The translations under genes and the position numbers were made by a program. A stretch of 64,000 nucleotides of DNA from Rhodothermales bacterium (GTDB lineage Bacteria; Bacteroidota; Rhodothermia; Rhodothermales; Bin80): NCBI GenBank assembly GCA_965215475.1, contig OZ244061.1, forward strand, positions 832,015 to 896,014, given 5' to 3'. Position 1 is the stretch's first letter; each line of letters opens with the position of its first letter. A model generated the notes under the pieces. It had not been told where the DNA came from, searched no databases, and was given only the letters and a program-made list of their open reading frames with translations. Positions 33,383-42,758 of this stretch are shown piece by piece.

Positions 33383-34669
33383 ATGATCTGGTCAAAACTG
33401 AGCAAACACACCGATTTAGGATTACTCATCTTGCGGATTGGATTTGGACTTGGAATGCTGATCTTCCATGGCTGGGGGAAATTGATAGGAGGCCCCGAAG
33501 CATGGAATTCTATCGGGCAATCCGTAGAACTGTTTGGAATTGACTTTGGTCATACGTTCTTCGGATTTATGGCCGCTTTTGCTGAATCAGTCGGGGCTAT
33601 CTGTATCGTTTTGGGGCTCTTCTATCGTCCTGCTGTCGCAATTCTTGGGTTTACAATGGTTGTCGCTACTCTCTCTGTCTTTGTTCGTGAATCTGGGAAT
33701 CCAGGACACGCTTTCAAAAATTTCTTTATCTGTGCAGGCATTTTCCTTGTCGGGCCGGGGAAACATAGTCTCGATTACATGTTTTCGAGAAAATCTGTAA
33801 AGGGAGCCACAGTCTTGGTGCTTCTTTTTGTACTGATCCCATACAACACTTTTGCTCAGCATAGTACCGTTCATGATGAACTGACCCTGCAAAGTAAAAT
33901 CCTGAACTCAGAACGAAAATTTGCCGTATACCTTCCTCCTGATTATCATGCCAGTGAACGTAGGTATCCAGCTATGTATTTGTTGCACGGCTCTGGCGAT
34001 GACCAGACAGGATGGATTCAATTTGGAGAGGTTCGTCATATCACTGATAAATCTATCCGCGAAGGGAAAGCAACTCCTATGATCATTGTTATGCCCGATG
34101 CAAATACCGGAGTACGTGGATATTTCAATGACCTAACCAACTCGTGGCGCTATGAGGATTTCTTTTTTGAGGAATTGATTCCTCATGTTGAGGAACGATT
34201 TCGGATTAAGCCCGAGAAACGCTATCGTGCCGTTGCTGGTCTTTCTATGGGAGGAGGCGGTTCATTTATATATGCACTCCGCCGCCCCGAACTTTTTTCC
34301 TCTGCTGCCCCGCTTAGTGCATGGGTCGGCCCAGGCTCTGTGGAAGAATACAAAAGCACTATGGAGCGATGGGGAAATGATCCGCCCGATCTCCCTAATG
34401 ATGCAATTGAAGAATATGTCAAACGGCATAATGCGGTCGAGTTGATCCGTACGCTACCCGCTGACGACATAAGATCTGTGCGATGGTTTATTGACTGTGG
34501 AGACGATGACTTTCTATATGAAGGAAACTCACTAGCCCATATTGAAATGCGCAAACGCGAAATCCCTCATGAGTTTCGTATTCGAGATGGTGCCCATACG
34601 TGGACGTACTGGCGAGAAAGCCTCCCCAATGTTCTCTATTTTGTCTCTCAGGCATTTCATCAATACTAG
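33383..34669 (+). CDS. DoxX-family membrane domain fused to a putative esterase (esterase D/enterochelin-esterase-like alpha/beta hydrolase)
   Basis: N-terminal ~130 aa: LGLLILRIGFGLGMLIFHGWGKL plus 4 TM helices (DoxX-like). C-terminal part: YPAMYLLHGSGDD...AGLSMGGGGS (GxSxG)...DCGDDDFL. Start chosen at ATG 33383. Confidence 0.7.
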   Translation: MIWSKLSKHTDLGLLILRIGFGLGMLIFHGWGKLIGGPEAWNSIGQSVELFGIDFGHTFFGFMAAFAESVGAICIVLGLFYRPAVAILGFTMVVATLSVFVRESGNPGHAFKNFFICAGIFLVGPGKHSLDYMFSRKSVKGATVLVLLFVLIPYNTFAQHSTVHDELTLQSKILNSERKFAVYLPPDYHASERRYPAMYLLHGSGDDQTGWIQFGEVRHITDKSIREGKATPMIIVMPDANTGVRGYFNDLTNSWRYEDFFFEELIPHVEERFRIKPEKRYRAVAGLSMGGGGSFIYALRRPELFSSAAPLSAWVGPGSVEEYKSTMERWGNDPPDLPNDAIEEYVKRHNAVELIRTLPADDIRSVRWFIDCGDDDFLYEGNSLAHIEMRKREIPHEFRIRDGAHTWTYWRESLPNVLYFVSQAFHQY

Positions 34670-34834
34670 TCAAGCCATCTCGGTCGCGAAAAAATATCCC
34701 CGCAAGGATTTGATTGAAATGCGCTCCTAAGACTCATATCGCAAATTATATTCTGTATTACTTCTAGAGATTTGATAAAATTCTTGGGTTCTTGCGTATT
34801 TGAAGAGTTCAATACGTATATTGTCTCTCCAAAC

Positions 34835-35281
34835 ATGACAGCTACAACTATTTTTAACACACTCATGATTCGTTCACTTTTCTTGTTTACCGTGGTCACC
34901 CTTCTTTTGGGGTTTGCAACTCCGACACTTGCACCTTCAGGTTCCATTGGAACTGGTCCTGGCCAGATCAGCCCGCGTAAGGCATATGCACAAGGTAAAT
35001 CATTAACCTTCAAGGTACTAGCCTGTCGAGGATGCCCTATTCCCAAATCAGAGATGGACCGTGACCGAGCTATGAGCTTGGCAGCCAGCCTGGAAGCAGT
35101 CTATGCGGAGGAAGAAACTGGCACCCAAGATGATGAGATCGTTAAAGGTCTTTGTGGGCCTGATACAGAGGAAGACGACTGCGGCATCCGCATGGAGGTG
35201 GTTCATTATTTTCTGACCCGACGCTATAAACTGGAAACACCCGTCCGTGGAATTCAAAATGATGTGATTGATGAAGGATAA
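34835..35281 (+). CDS. Hypothetical secreted protein
   Basis: Has a hydrophobic N-terminal signal-like segment (SLFLFTVVTLLLGFATPTLA). No recognised domain. Confidence 0.4.
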   Translation: MTATTIFNTLMIRSLFLFTVVTLLLGFATPTLAPSGSIGTGPGQISPRKAYAQGKSLTFKVLACRGCPIPKSEMDRDRAMSLAASLEAVYAEEETGTQDDEIVKGLCGPDTEEDDCGIRMEVVHYFLTRRYKLETPVRGIQNDVIDEG

Positions 35282-36239
35282 TCTATGCACTCGAATCGGA
35301 GAAGTTCTCCGTCAAATTATTCTGCCTGCTCTCTTGAGCATAGCAGTTTGGTCACCGTCACAGATGACGTTCGCCCAAGGAACTCCTTGGATCGCAGAAC
35401 CCCGTACTGGTAGTATCAGTGTTTCATACTATACTCAGAATGCAAAAGAGTTTTATCGTGGTACAGAAACCGTGAAAGGTCCCTTGGAGGCCACAGGTGC
35501 TAATCTGGGACAGAGTACAGTGTGGGTTCATGTCAACTATGCAATTAATGATGCAATTGCCGTAGATCTTCAGACAGCTTGGGCACGAAGTGTTGTAGAT
35601 GGTGCGGTTGGTCCCTCCGGAGGTGAGGAAAATTATAGTGGACTCTTTGATACGAATCTTTCTGTTACTTGGCGTTTTGTAGATGAGTTGGTGAGTAATG
35701 CGCCAAGCATCGCTGCCCGTGTAGGAGTGACCGTTCCAGGTGGCTATGATACAGGGTATATCAACTCGCTTGGAGATGGAGCCAGCGGAATTGAAGGCTC
35801 GTTGATTGTTGGGAAGTTTTGGAGTTTCGTAGGTGCCTCCGCCGAAATTGGCTATCGACACAGAGGATCTACTTCAATCAACTCCAATGCTATGGGTGCC
35901 GGACAAGGAGGAGATATTGATGTTCCATCGGAGATCTTTATGAATATATGGGCCTTTGTCCCCGTCGGAAATCGTCTTCGAATCGGAGGAAATTACCGCC
36001 TCGTGAATGCTACATCTGGCATTGATATTGGTGGAACTGGGTTTTCCCCAAGCCGATTTCCTGCGTTAGAAGAAGATAGCCAAATTCTTGGTGGCCAACT
36101 ATTTGCCGATCTGTTTGGAAGCACGAGTGCACATGTGTTTTTCGGTAGCATCGTCGGAGGCCGTAACACGGCAAAGTCTACAGTTTTGGGGATTGGACTT
36201 AGTATAGGATTGGGTGGAGGTTTTGGTGGTGGGATATAA
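35268..36239 (+). CDS. Putative outer-membrane beta-barrel protein
   Basis: Signal peptide ...SIAVWSPSQMTFAQG. Alternating beta-strand-like pattern, aromatic and Gly-rich. Overlaps the upstream ORF by 14 nt. Confidence 0.5.
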   Translation: MMKDNLCTRIGEVLRQIILPALLSIAVWSPSQMTFAQGTPWIAEPRTGSISVSYYTQNAKEFYRGTETVKGPLEATGANLGQSTVWVHVNYAINDAIAVDLQTAWARSVVDGAVGPSGGEENYSGLFDTNLSVTWRFVDELVSNAPSIAARVGVTVPGGYDTGYINSLGDGASGIEGSLIVGKFWSFVGASAEIGYRHRGSTSINSNAMGAGQGGDIDVPSEIFMNIWAFVPVGNRLRIGGNYRLVNATSGIDIGGTGFSPSRFPALEEDSQILGGQLFADLFGSTSAHVFFGSIVGGRNTAKSTVLGIGLSIGLGGGFGGGI

Positions 36240-36352
36240 TATTCCACTTGGCTAACAACTGACTCCTCCATCTGCTAAGGCACCACGGCGATTGACTAAG
36301 CCTGATGCTTTTCCATTGTACATCGCCTACTACAACGAATCTCTCTGAACTA

Positions 36353-37225
36353 ATGAAGGCCGTAAAACAAAATCAGAGTTCCCTGGCATATGTTGTCTGT
36401 AATATTATTGGACTTGGGGGGATCTTGCTATTACTCTCTGTAACCTCAGCCTCGTATGGTCAATCTACTGATAGTATTTGGGATCGGGCGAATCCTGAGA
36501 ACCCCTCTACCATTGATCACTCTGATTGGCAAGCAATCCTTGACGTTTACTTAATCACTGATGATCCATCCAGGATTCATCTTTTTGACTACCAGGCACT
36601 ACAGGAAAACACAACAGATCGACAAAAGCTTTATCAATACATTGATCAGCTTCAAGAATTAGACCCTCGGGGGTTCGCAAAGGACGTTCAGATGGCGTAT
36701 TGGATCAATCTATACAACGCCGTAACGGTACGTGTTGTTGTGGATGCCTATCCCGTTGAATCCATACTTCAGATTCATAATGGAGAAATTCCCGATTCTG
36801 GCCCTTGGAAAGATATTCATGCAACCGTAGCTGGAATCCCTTTGACGCTGGACAATATAGAGCATGATATTCTGCGCCCAATCTGGAAGGACAACCGGAT
36901 TCATTATGCTGTTAATTGTGCTAGCCTCGGTTGCCCAAACTTGGCATCCCAAGTCTTTACCGCTGCAAACTTGGAACAACTCTTGAATAAGAATGCCAAA
37001 GAATTTATCAACCATTTCCGCGCTGTTGAACTTCTAGATGAAGCATTCGGAGTTACCTCGAGCCTCTATTTTTGGTATATGGAGGATTTTGGGGGGACCG
37101 AAGCTGGAGTAATGGCGCACTTTCAAAAGTATGCAGAGGATAGCTTGGCCTCTGACCTGAAAAACTTTGACGGATCATTCGATCATGAATATGATTGGCG
37201 CCTCAATGAGCCTTTACCCGAGTAA
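36353..37225 (+). CDS. DUF547-domain protein
   Basis: AYWINLYNAVTVRVVVDAYPVESI...IHYAVNCASLGCPNL is the typical DUF547 signature (from memory). Has an N-terminal TM/signal segment. Confidence 0.65.
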   Translation: MKAVKQNQSSLAYVVCNIIGLGGILLLLSVTSASYGQSTDSIWDRANPENPSTIDHSDWQAILDVYLITDDPSRIHLFDYQALQENTTDRQKLYQYIDQLQELDPRGFAKDVQMAYWINLYNAVTVRVVVDAYPVESILQIHNGEIPDSGPWKDIHATVAGIPLTLDNIEHDILRPIWKDNRIHYAVNCASLGCPNLASQVFTAANLEQLLNKNAKEFINHFRAVELLDEAFGVTSSLYFWYMEDFGGTEAGVMAHFQKYAEDSLASDLKNFDGSFDHEYDWRLNEPLPE

Positions 37226-37414
37226 CCCCTCAATCATAAACCGTTGAGTATACTCCAAGCCTTCCACACTATTCTATCTTGCGTTAGTTGGAATTACTAA
37301 CGATCAGGAGATAACACGACCATCGTATCAATCCTTCGATGAAAAGTCTTCATTGAAGACTGTCGAGGCCGTTGTTGGATCCAAACTACGCCGGTTACTT
37401 GATTGCCCCTACAT

Positions 37415-38737
37415 TCATGCTGCTTCGCCTTCTCCGACAAGAATAGATTTTTTGGATTTCCATCTGAATACATCATAAGACAGTGCCAGTAGAATCAACC
37501 CGTATTCCAAAGGGCGTACCCAGTCTGGGTGTGCAAACGGATGCATTTCCATGTTATTTAGATTCAATCCTGTGATATACGATAATAGCACTGCAACCGA
37601 GGCCGTCCACGCCCACGCGCTCGGACGAATTGCCGCAAAGGGCAGCAGCCATAACAGATACCATGAATTGACAACGGGCCAAAGTGCAAATAACCCGCCA
37701 TAAATCCAGTCTACCCGCACTATTGTGTCCTGCTCTCTCCGTCTATAGATCCAGTAGTAGATCCCAATCCCAACCGCGAGAACTACCCCACATATAATTC
37801 GAGCTGTGGTATTGGGAACCCAAGGCTTTAACAAACTGAACAAGGCGGCATTAAATTCCCACTCGCGTGTAAATACAAGTAAGGTCTCCAAATCTGTACT
37901 TCCCTGCAAAATGAAGGGAACGTAGATCAAGGCCAATGTTGCGAGAAAGATCCCCCATACACGTAGATGTGCACGTGCCAAGATAAACGGAATGACAAGT
38001 AAAGCTAGGATTTTTGCTCCCACGGCTAAAGCCAAAAAAATAGCGGCACCATAGATTCTATCTTTTCGAGCCAAAACAATTGCAACAAGAACAAGAAACA
38101 CAGCAACTATATCGGGGTGAGCCGTAAATGCAATCTCCTTAATCACTAAGGGGCTCCATGCATAGAGTATTACCGCTGATGGAGATGCCAATCGAAGCAG
38201 TAGAACTATCGTCATCACATCAAAAACAATCATGATGCCCTGCAGTGCTGTAACACTGCCTGGAGCAAGCCCATATCCTCCTAAAAATACAAGCTGTGTG
38301 ACCGGCCCATAGATCGTCGGCAATTCGGGATAATTGATGCCATCCAGAATACGTTGAAACTGTTCATGCACATTCGTGTCGAGAAAAAACGCTTCTGGCG
38401 GCAATCCATAAGGCGTCCCATCCTGAACGAATCGAAAAGCATCCCACAAGTACCTGTAGAAATCGTCCTCATAGAAAGGCCCTCCGATCAGCCCGCAAAT
38501 GCGAAATAAAATTGCCCAACCAATGAGCCGGGAGATTGGGATTTTTTCATCCGAGTTGCGACGATAATAGACAAAAAGAATAAACGTAATGGCGGCAACA
38601 CATATCGAAAGGCCCAGAAATAGTTCGAGAGAAGGATCTCCAGACGTTCGAGTAACCCAAGAAAGTCCGCCATAGATCAGCAGACATACCAAACCTGCTA
38701 GATCAATCGGTGAAACGACTCGAGTTAATTTCTGCAT
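37415..38737 (-). CDS. Polytopic membrane glycosyltransferase, GT-C-like (DUF2029/PMT_2-like)
   Basis: 440 aa with more than 10 predicted TM helices. First-loop acidic motif GGPFYEDDFYRYLWD resembles GT-C catalytic loops. The family call is tentative. Confidence 0.5.
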   Translation of the reverse strand: MQKLTRVVSPIDLAGLVCLLIYGGLSWVTRTSGDPSLELFLGLSICVAAITFILFVYYRRNSDEKIPISRLIGWAILFRICGLIGGPFYEDDFYRYLWDAFRFVQDGTPYGLPPEAFFLDTNVHEQFQRILDGINYPELPTIYGPVTQLVFLGGYGLAPGSVTALQGIMIVFDVMTIVLLLRLASPSAVILYAWSPLVIKEIAFTAHPDIVAVFLVLVAIVLARKDRIYGAAIFLALAVGAKILALLVIPFILARAHLRVWGIFLATLALIYVPFILQGSTDLETLLVFTREWEFNAALFSLLKPWVPNTTARIICGVVLAVGIGIYYWIYRRREQDTIVRVDWIYGGLFALWPVVNSWYLLWLLPFAAIRPSAWAWTASVAVLLSYITGLNLNNMEMHPFAHPDWVRPLEYGLILLALSYDVFRWKSKKSILVGEGEAA

Positions 38738-38915
38738 GAAAAATAGCGATGAGAGAGCTTAGATCCGACCAGAATACGAGCATATCATTACATCAATTGT
38801 CCCAGTTCCTCCAGATTGAGTGTCCTACTCCCAGCAGATTTACTGTCCCGCTTCAAGCGGATTGAGTGTCCCAGTTCACCGGAATACACACATCAACATT
38901 CGGGTAGATAAATCA

Positions 38916-38953
38916 GGGGAGTGTGTCACCCCACTATTTTTGACACACTCCCC
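38916..38953. repeat. Perfect 13-bp inverted repeat (GGGGAGTGTGTCA / TGACACACTCCCC) with a 12-nt loop at the left border of the defence island
   Basis: Read directly; arms at 38916-38928 and 38941-38953. It lies 230 nt downstream of the EcoRII-like gene stop on the minus strand. Confidence 0.8.
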
Positions 38954-39182
38954 CCGACTAAGAATGGATGAAAGTAGGAAAACACGAATACTCCGATATT
39001 GAAATTCATGATGAGTGGATCGCTCTATATTCTATTGCCTAGAACACAAGTAGAGATCTTGCCACGTTCGATATAGAAAAGATGTTGCATAAAATGCCCC
39101 TTTTTCCATATAACACATCCAATGGACCCACACAAATTTGGCCTTCTACAACTTTCAAAAACCTTCTCCATCGCACAGGAAT

Positions 39183-40403
39183 CTACAAACTTATCCGATG
39201 TACGTCCTCTATAAAATCTTTCAAAGTTTGCAATTTTGGCCGCATATCCCTGTTATACTTACCCATCAATTTTTGGGGAACCACCAGACGGACGCAAGAT
39301 TCCTGCATTTCTCTGAATTGATTTAGTGAAATTCCTTCCTGAAGTGTCAATAGATGCTTTTCCGGGATGCGTCTAGCCTCATTTAATATCTGTCTCCACC
39401 GGTCCTTACAGGTTGTTTTCACAGCTAACATGCGAAGTTTCTGATAAGGCACGCTCTGATTCCTGTATGCATCAGCTGAGGGGAATAGAAAATCTGGCTT
39501 TCTGCCAGGATCGGATTCCTTATTGTATGAAAAGCTGATGTCTTCCTCAAACCCTTCTTCTCTAAAAATTTCTTTTAGATGAAGTTCAAGTGATCTTCCG
39601 GACCGAGCTTTACGCCGCTGTAAAACTGATTGGGCTACCTCCCTAAATTCTTCCATATTGCTGAAGCCTTGCTCAATCCTTGGGAAATAAAAAGCATTCT
39701 CAATGCTATCATATAGATCTTGTTCACAATCTCGCCGTTCCATTAATCTCCGATCTGGATCCATAGAGGAACCGGGAATTCTTCGCACTGCTTCCGACAT
39801 AACTGTCAAGGGTTCTGGAAAAGATTGAATCCAATTCGGAGGAATCTCATCGGGGTTCACCCCATTTCTTACTGAATGACGATTTTGTAGATCTGGACGA
39901 GCTCTACATGATGAAGAAGATTCTATGATCAATGTTCTTCCTGGCTCAACAGGGCCTATACGGCTCTCAACAAAGATCTCTTCCGATCTATCATGACATA
40001 TCCATAAACGACATTCTTTGACTGCCCCTTGAGTATCAGTGGGGAAAACAAATATAGCCAGAGCCCCTGTATTTTCAGGATCAAGGACAGATGATTTATA
40101 TCCACCAAATCCCGTCAAACGCACCTCATTACGCGTTCCGTCGTGCCACTTATTGTTATACCATATTGCACTGATTTCCCTGTGTTCTTCATGTGAATCT
40201 ATATGGAAATTGAGTATAATGCGTGGATTTTTTTTCTCTACCTTGTTAAGATTCGGGAGTAGGCGTAAAAGGAAATCTCTTGGTATGTAAGGACCTGCTT
40301 GGTGCGTTCTATTGGCAAGTGTATCATTACCCGAGAGACGCTTAACGTACCATGTTGCAACAGAGCATTTATCCATCCAATCCCATAGTTTTTTATTGGA
40401 CAT
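39183..40403 (-). CDS. Type IIE restriction endonuclease, EcoRII-like
   Basis: N-terminal effector domain YVKRLSGNDTLANRTHQAGPYIP (compare EcoRII YIKRLSANDTGATGGHQVGLYIP). The C-terminal catalytic region contains NLRMLAVKTTCKDRWRQILNEA, identical to EcoRII as I remember it. Start chosen at ATG 40403 (406 aa); the ORF is open to 40469. Confidence 0.85.
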   Translation of the reverse strand: MSNKKLWDWMDKCSVATWYVKRLSGNDTLANRTHQAGPYIPRDFLLRLLPNLNKVEKKNPRIILNFHIDSHEEHREISAIWYNNKWHDGTRNEVRLTGFGGYKSSVLDPENTGALAIFVFPTDTQGAVKECRLWICHDRSEEIFVESRIGPVEPGRTLIIESSSSCRARPDLQNRHSVRNGVNPDEIPPNWIQSFPEPLTVMSEAVRRIPGSSMDPDRRLMERRDCEQDLYDSIENAFYFPRIEQGFSNMEEFREVAQSVLQRRKARSGRSLELHLKEIFREEGFEEDISFSYNKESDPGRKPDFLFPSADAYRNQSVPYQKLRMLAVKTTCKDRWRQILNEARRIPEKHLLTLQEGISLNQFREMQESCVRLVVPQKLMGKYNRDMRPKLQTLKDFIEDVHRISL

Positions 40404-40854
40404 TTTCTCTTCCCCTAATTTCTGCATTGTGACTAGCTGTTCTGAGCCAATTTCCAGCCCTACATACAACTTCGTTAATAGGATATTTACCTCTTCCTTT
40501 CAATGCACATTCCCAAACAACTAGGGTTCTCCACCCTTTTTCTCCCAACAATCTACTATTTCTAACATCTCGTTGTACATTTCCTGCAATCTTATTTCTC
40601 CAGAATTCTGCACGGGATTTAGGCCATCGAAACAAGTGACACTCATGTCCGTGCCAGAAGCAACCATTGACAAAAATCACTGCCTTATATCTTGGAAAAA
40701 CCAAATCTGGCGTCCCCGGAAGTCTGCGATCATGCAGGCAATATCGAAACCCAAGCTTATGTAGACCGCGACGTAGAATAAGTTCAGGTTTTGTATCAGA
40801 TCTCTTGATGCTAGACATCATTCGACTTCGAGTTTTCCTGCTAACTATATCCAT
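40393..40854 (-). CDS. vsr: Very-short-patch repair endonuclease
   Basis: 153 aa. Contains TKPELILRRGLHKLGFRY..., PGTPDLVFPRYKAVIFVNGCFWHGH and FWRNKIAGNVQRD; canonical Vsr. Confidence 0.92.
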   Translation of the reverse strand: MDIVSRKTRSRMMSSIKRSDTKPELILRRGLHKLGFRYCLHDRRLPGTPDLVFPRYKAVIFVNGCFWHGHECHLFRWPKSRAEFWRNKIAGNVQRDVRNSRLLGEKGWRTLVVWECALKGRGKYPINEVVCRAGNWLRTASHNAEIRGRENVQ

Positions 40855-40861
40855 CTGATAT

Positions 40862-42079
40862 TCATCTCGACAACGACTCTTTTTTCATCCCTCCAGTACG
40901 GTGCATTTCCAGTTCCACCTGGATATGCGGTTTCAATAATGTAGCAATGGCCCGAACTACCGGGACCACAACCGCATTCCCAAACTGCCTGTATGCTTGC
41001 GTATCAGAAACTGGAATTTCAAATTCAGGTTGCCCCGGTTCGTCAAATCCCATCAGGCGAGCACATTCACGCGGGGTAAGCCTCCTTGGACGATTTTTAT
41101 CCTGCTTAATCAGGATCTCAGATCCATCCTTGTGATATCTAGCTGACAGCGTACGAGCTACATCATTCGGGCTAAACAGCGAGTATCCAAAACCATTACC
41201 AGCCTTACGATGTTTCTCCTTGTAATCCCTAAGGTAACGCCAAAGATGTTTTGTAAGTGTGTATTTGGGATCTACTTCAGGCAATAGAATGTTTTCTAGT
41301 ACGGGCGGCGGCCCACTTGGAACCATCAAATTTTCAAAATTGAACGGAACACTATCCCTGAATCCTAAAATAAAGATTCTTTCACGCTTTTGGGGGACCC
41401 AAGGCGCTGAGTTAATAATACGGATATGTACACTATAACCCAACTCTTTTTCGAGAACATTCATAATGGTACCGAAAGTTCTTCCACCATCATGACGCTG
41501 AAGATGTTTAACATTCTCCAAAAGAAATGCAAAAGGCCGGTGATATTCTAGAATCTTTGCTAGATCGTAAAAAAGCGTACCTTGGGTATCACACAGAAAG
41601 CCATGAGGCTTCCCCAGAGAATTCTTCTTTGAAACACCTGCAAGAGAAAATGGCTGACAAGGAAAGCCCGCCAGCAAAACTTCATGATCGGGGATTCGTT
41701 CCGGTTCTTTGGCAATTGGACGAATATCTCCAATAAATTTATGATCTTTCCTCTCAAGAAAATTGGCAGCATACGTCTGACACGCAAATCGATCCCATTC
41801 AGATGTAAAAACACATATACCTCCAATTTCTTGGAAAGGAATGCGCATACCACCAATTCCCGCAAAAAGATCTATGAAACGGAAAGATCTGTTTTGCTGT
41901 CGACCCTTTATTTCATTAGCTAATCCCTTCATGATCTCAATAACCGGAGATGGGGGGACTGTTTTGTACGACTCATATCGATAAATCGTTCTGACAGATC
42001 TTCCAACAAGACGAGCCGTAGTAGCAATAGAAAGTCCAGTTCTTTTCCGTAATGCTGCAAATTCAGTGTATTCTGGCAT
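40862..42079 (-). CDS. dcm: DNA (cytosine-5) methyltransferase with N-terminal XRE-type HTH
   Basis: HTH LRKRTGLSIATTARLVGRSVRTIYRYE. MTase motifs I FIDLFAGIGG, IV GFPCQPFS, VI LLENV, VIII QKRERIFILGF and X QFGNAVVVPV. Confidence 0.92.
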   Translation of the reverse strand: MPEYTEFAALRKRTGLSIATTARLVGRSVRTIYRYESYKTVPPSPVIEIMKGLANEIKGRQQNRSFRFIDLFAGIGGMRIPFQEIGGICVFTSEWDRFACQTYAANFLERKDHKFIGDIRPIAKEPERIPDHEVLLAGFPCQPFSLAGVSKKNSLGKPHGFLCDTQGTLFYDLAKILEYHRPFAFLLENVKHLQRHDGGRTFGTIMNVLEKELGYSVHIRIINSAPWVPQKRERIFILGFRDSVPFNFENLMVPSGPPPVLENILLPEVDPKYTLTKHLWRYLRDYKEKHRKAGNGFGYSLFSPNDVARTLSARYHKDGSEILIKQDKNRPRRLTPRECARLMGFDEPGQPEFEIPVSDTQAYRQFGNAVVVPVVRAIATLLKPHIQVELEMHRTGGMKKESLSR

Positions 42080-42429
42080 GAAGATGTATCTATCCTTATC
42101 TCAAAGAGAGCTACAATATCGTTTCCTAATGAGCCTCTGACAAAATGTTCTTATAACAAGTTCTGATCCTTTCCAATATAGGCATATCACTAAATACTTG
42201 ATAGCAGCGTCAGAAACTCATCAAGAGCAATCTCATTCCTCATGTTAATCGAGTTTTTAATCCCCGACAACGACAAATCTTCATTTCACATCGTAGTACT
42301 TCACCCATATACTGCTATCTCACGACGATCCCTGACCGAACAATGGATGTTCTTGCCATTTTACTCTACTAAAAATGGAAATGTCAGTTCGCGTGCTTAC
42401 CCGTGTATTTTAATTATGTTATATGCGAG

Positions 42430-42522
42430 GCTCTTGCAAAACCACTGATCCAAGCAGAAAGGATCCCCTCAGGTACTCTCAGAGTTATGTTTGCGCTCAA
42501 GTAAGAGAGGTTTTGCAAGAGC
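42430..42522. repeat. MITE-like palindromic element, copy 2 (perfect 14-bp terminal inverted repeats)
   Basis: GCTCTTGCAAAACC (42430-42443) and GGTTTTGCAAGAGC (42509-42522) are exact reverse complements. The interior matches 21660-21722. The GGCTCTT start resembles ISL3-type IR termini. Confidence 0.7.
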
Positions 42523-42758
42523 ATCATGCTTATAATAAATTGAGAAACTATAAGCATAAAATAAGGTAACCGCTGTGTTATATCTTTGATATACCTAATC
42601 CGCTCTGTGAGCTGTGAGATAGACTCAGACTGTCTGTCATACAATTATTGTTCAGTTCATTGAAATCTTTTAACTTAACGGTGATTCACCAGCTTCCACA
42701 GAATATTGCTTTACTCTAATACATTACATAAGTTATTCTCTGAGAAATGATTGCATAG

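Noticed and set aside
42242-42644. Small ORFs (68 and 76 aa) in the divergent region between dcm and the novel operon, considered as possible controller (C) proteins
   Set aside because: No HTH pattern is present. They overlap the MITE-like palindrome, and the HTH is instead fused to the Dcm N-terminus.
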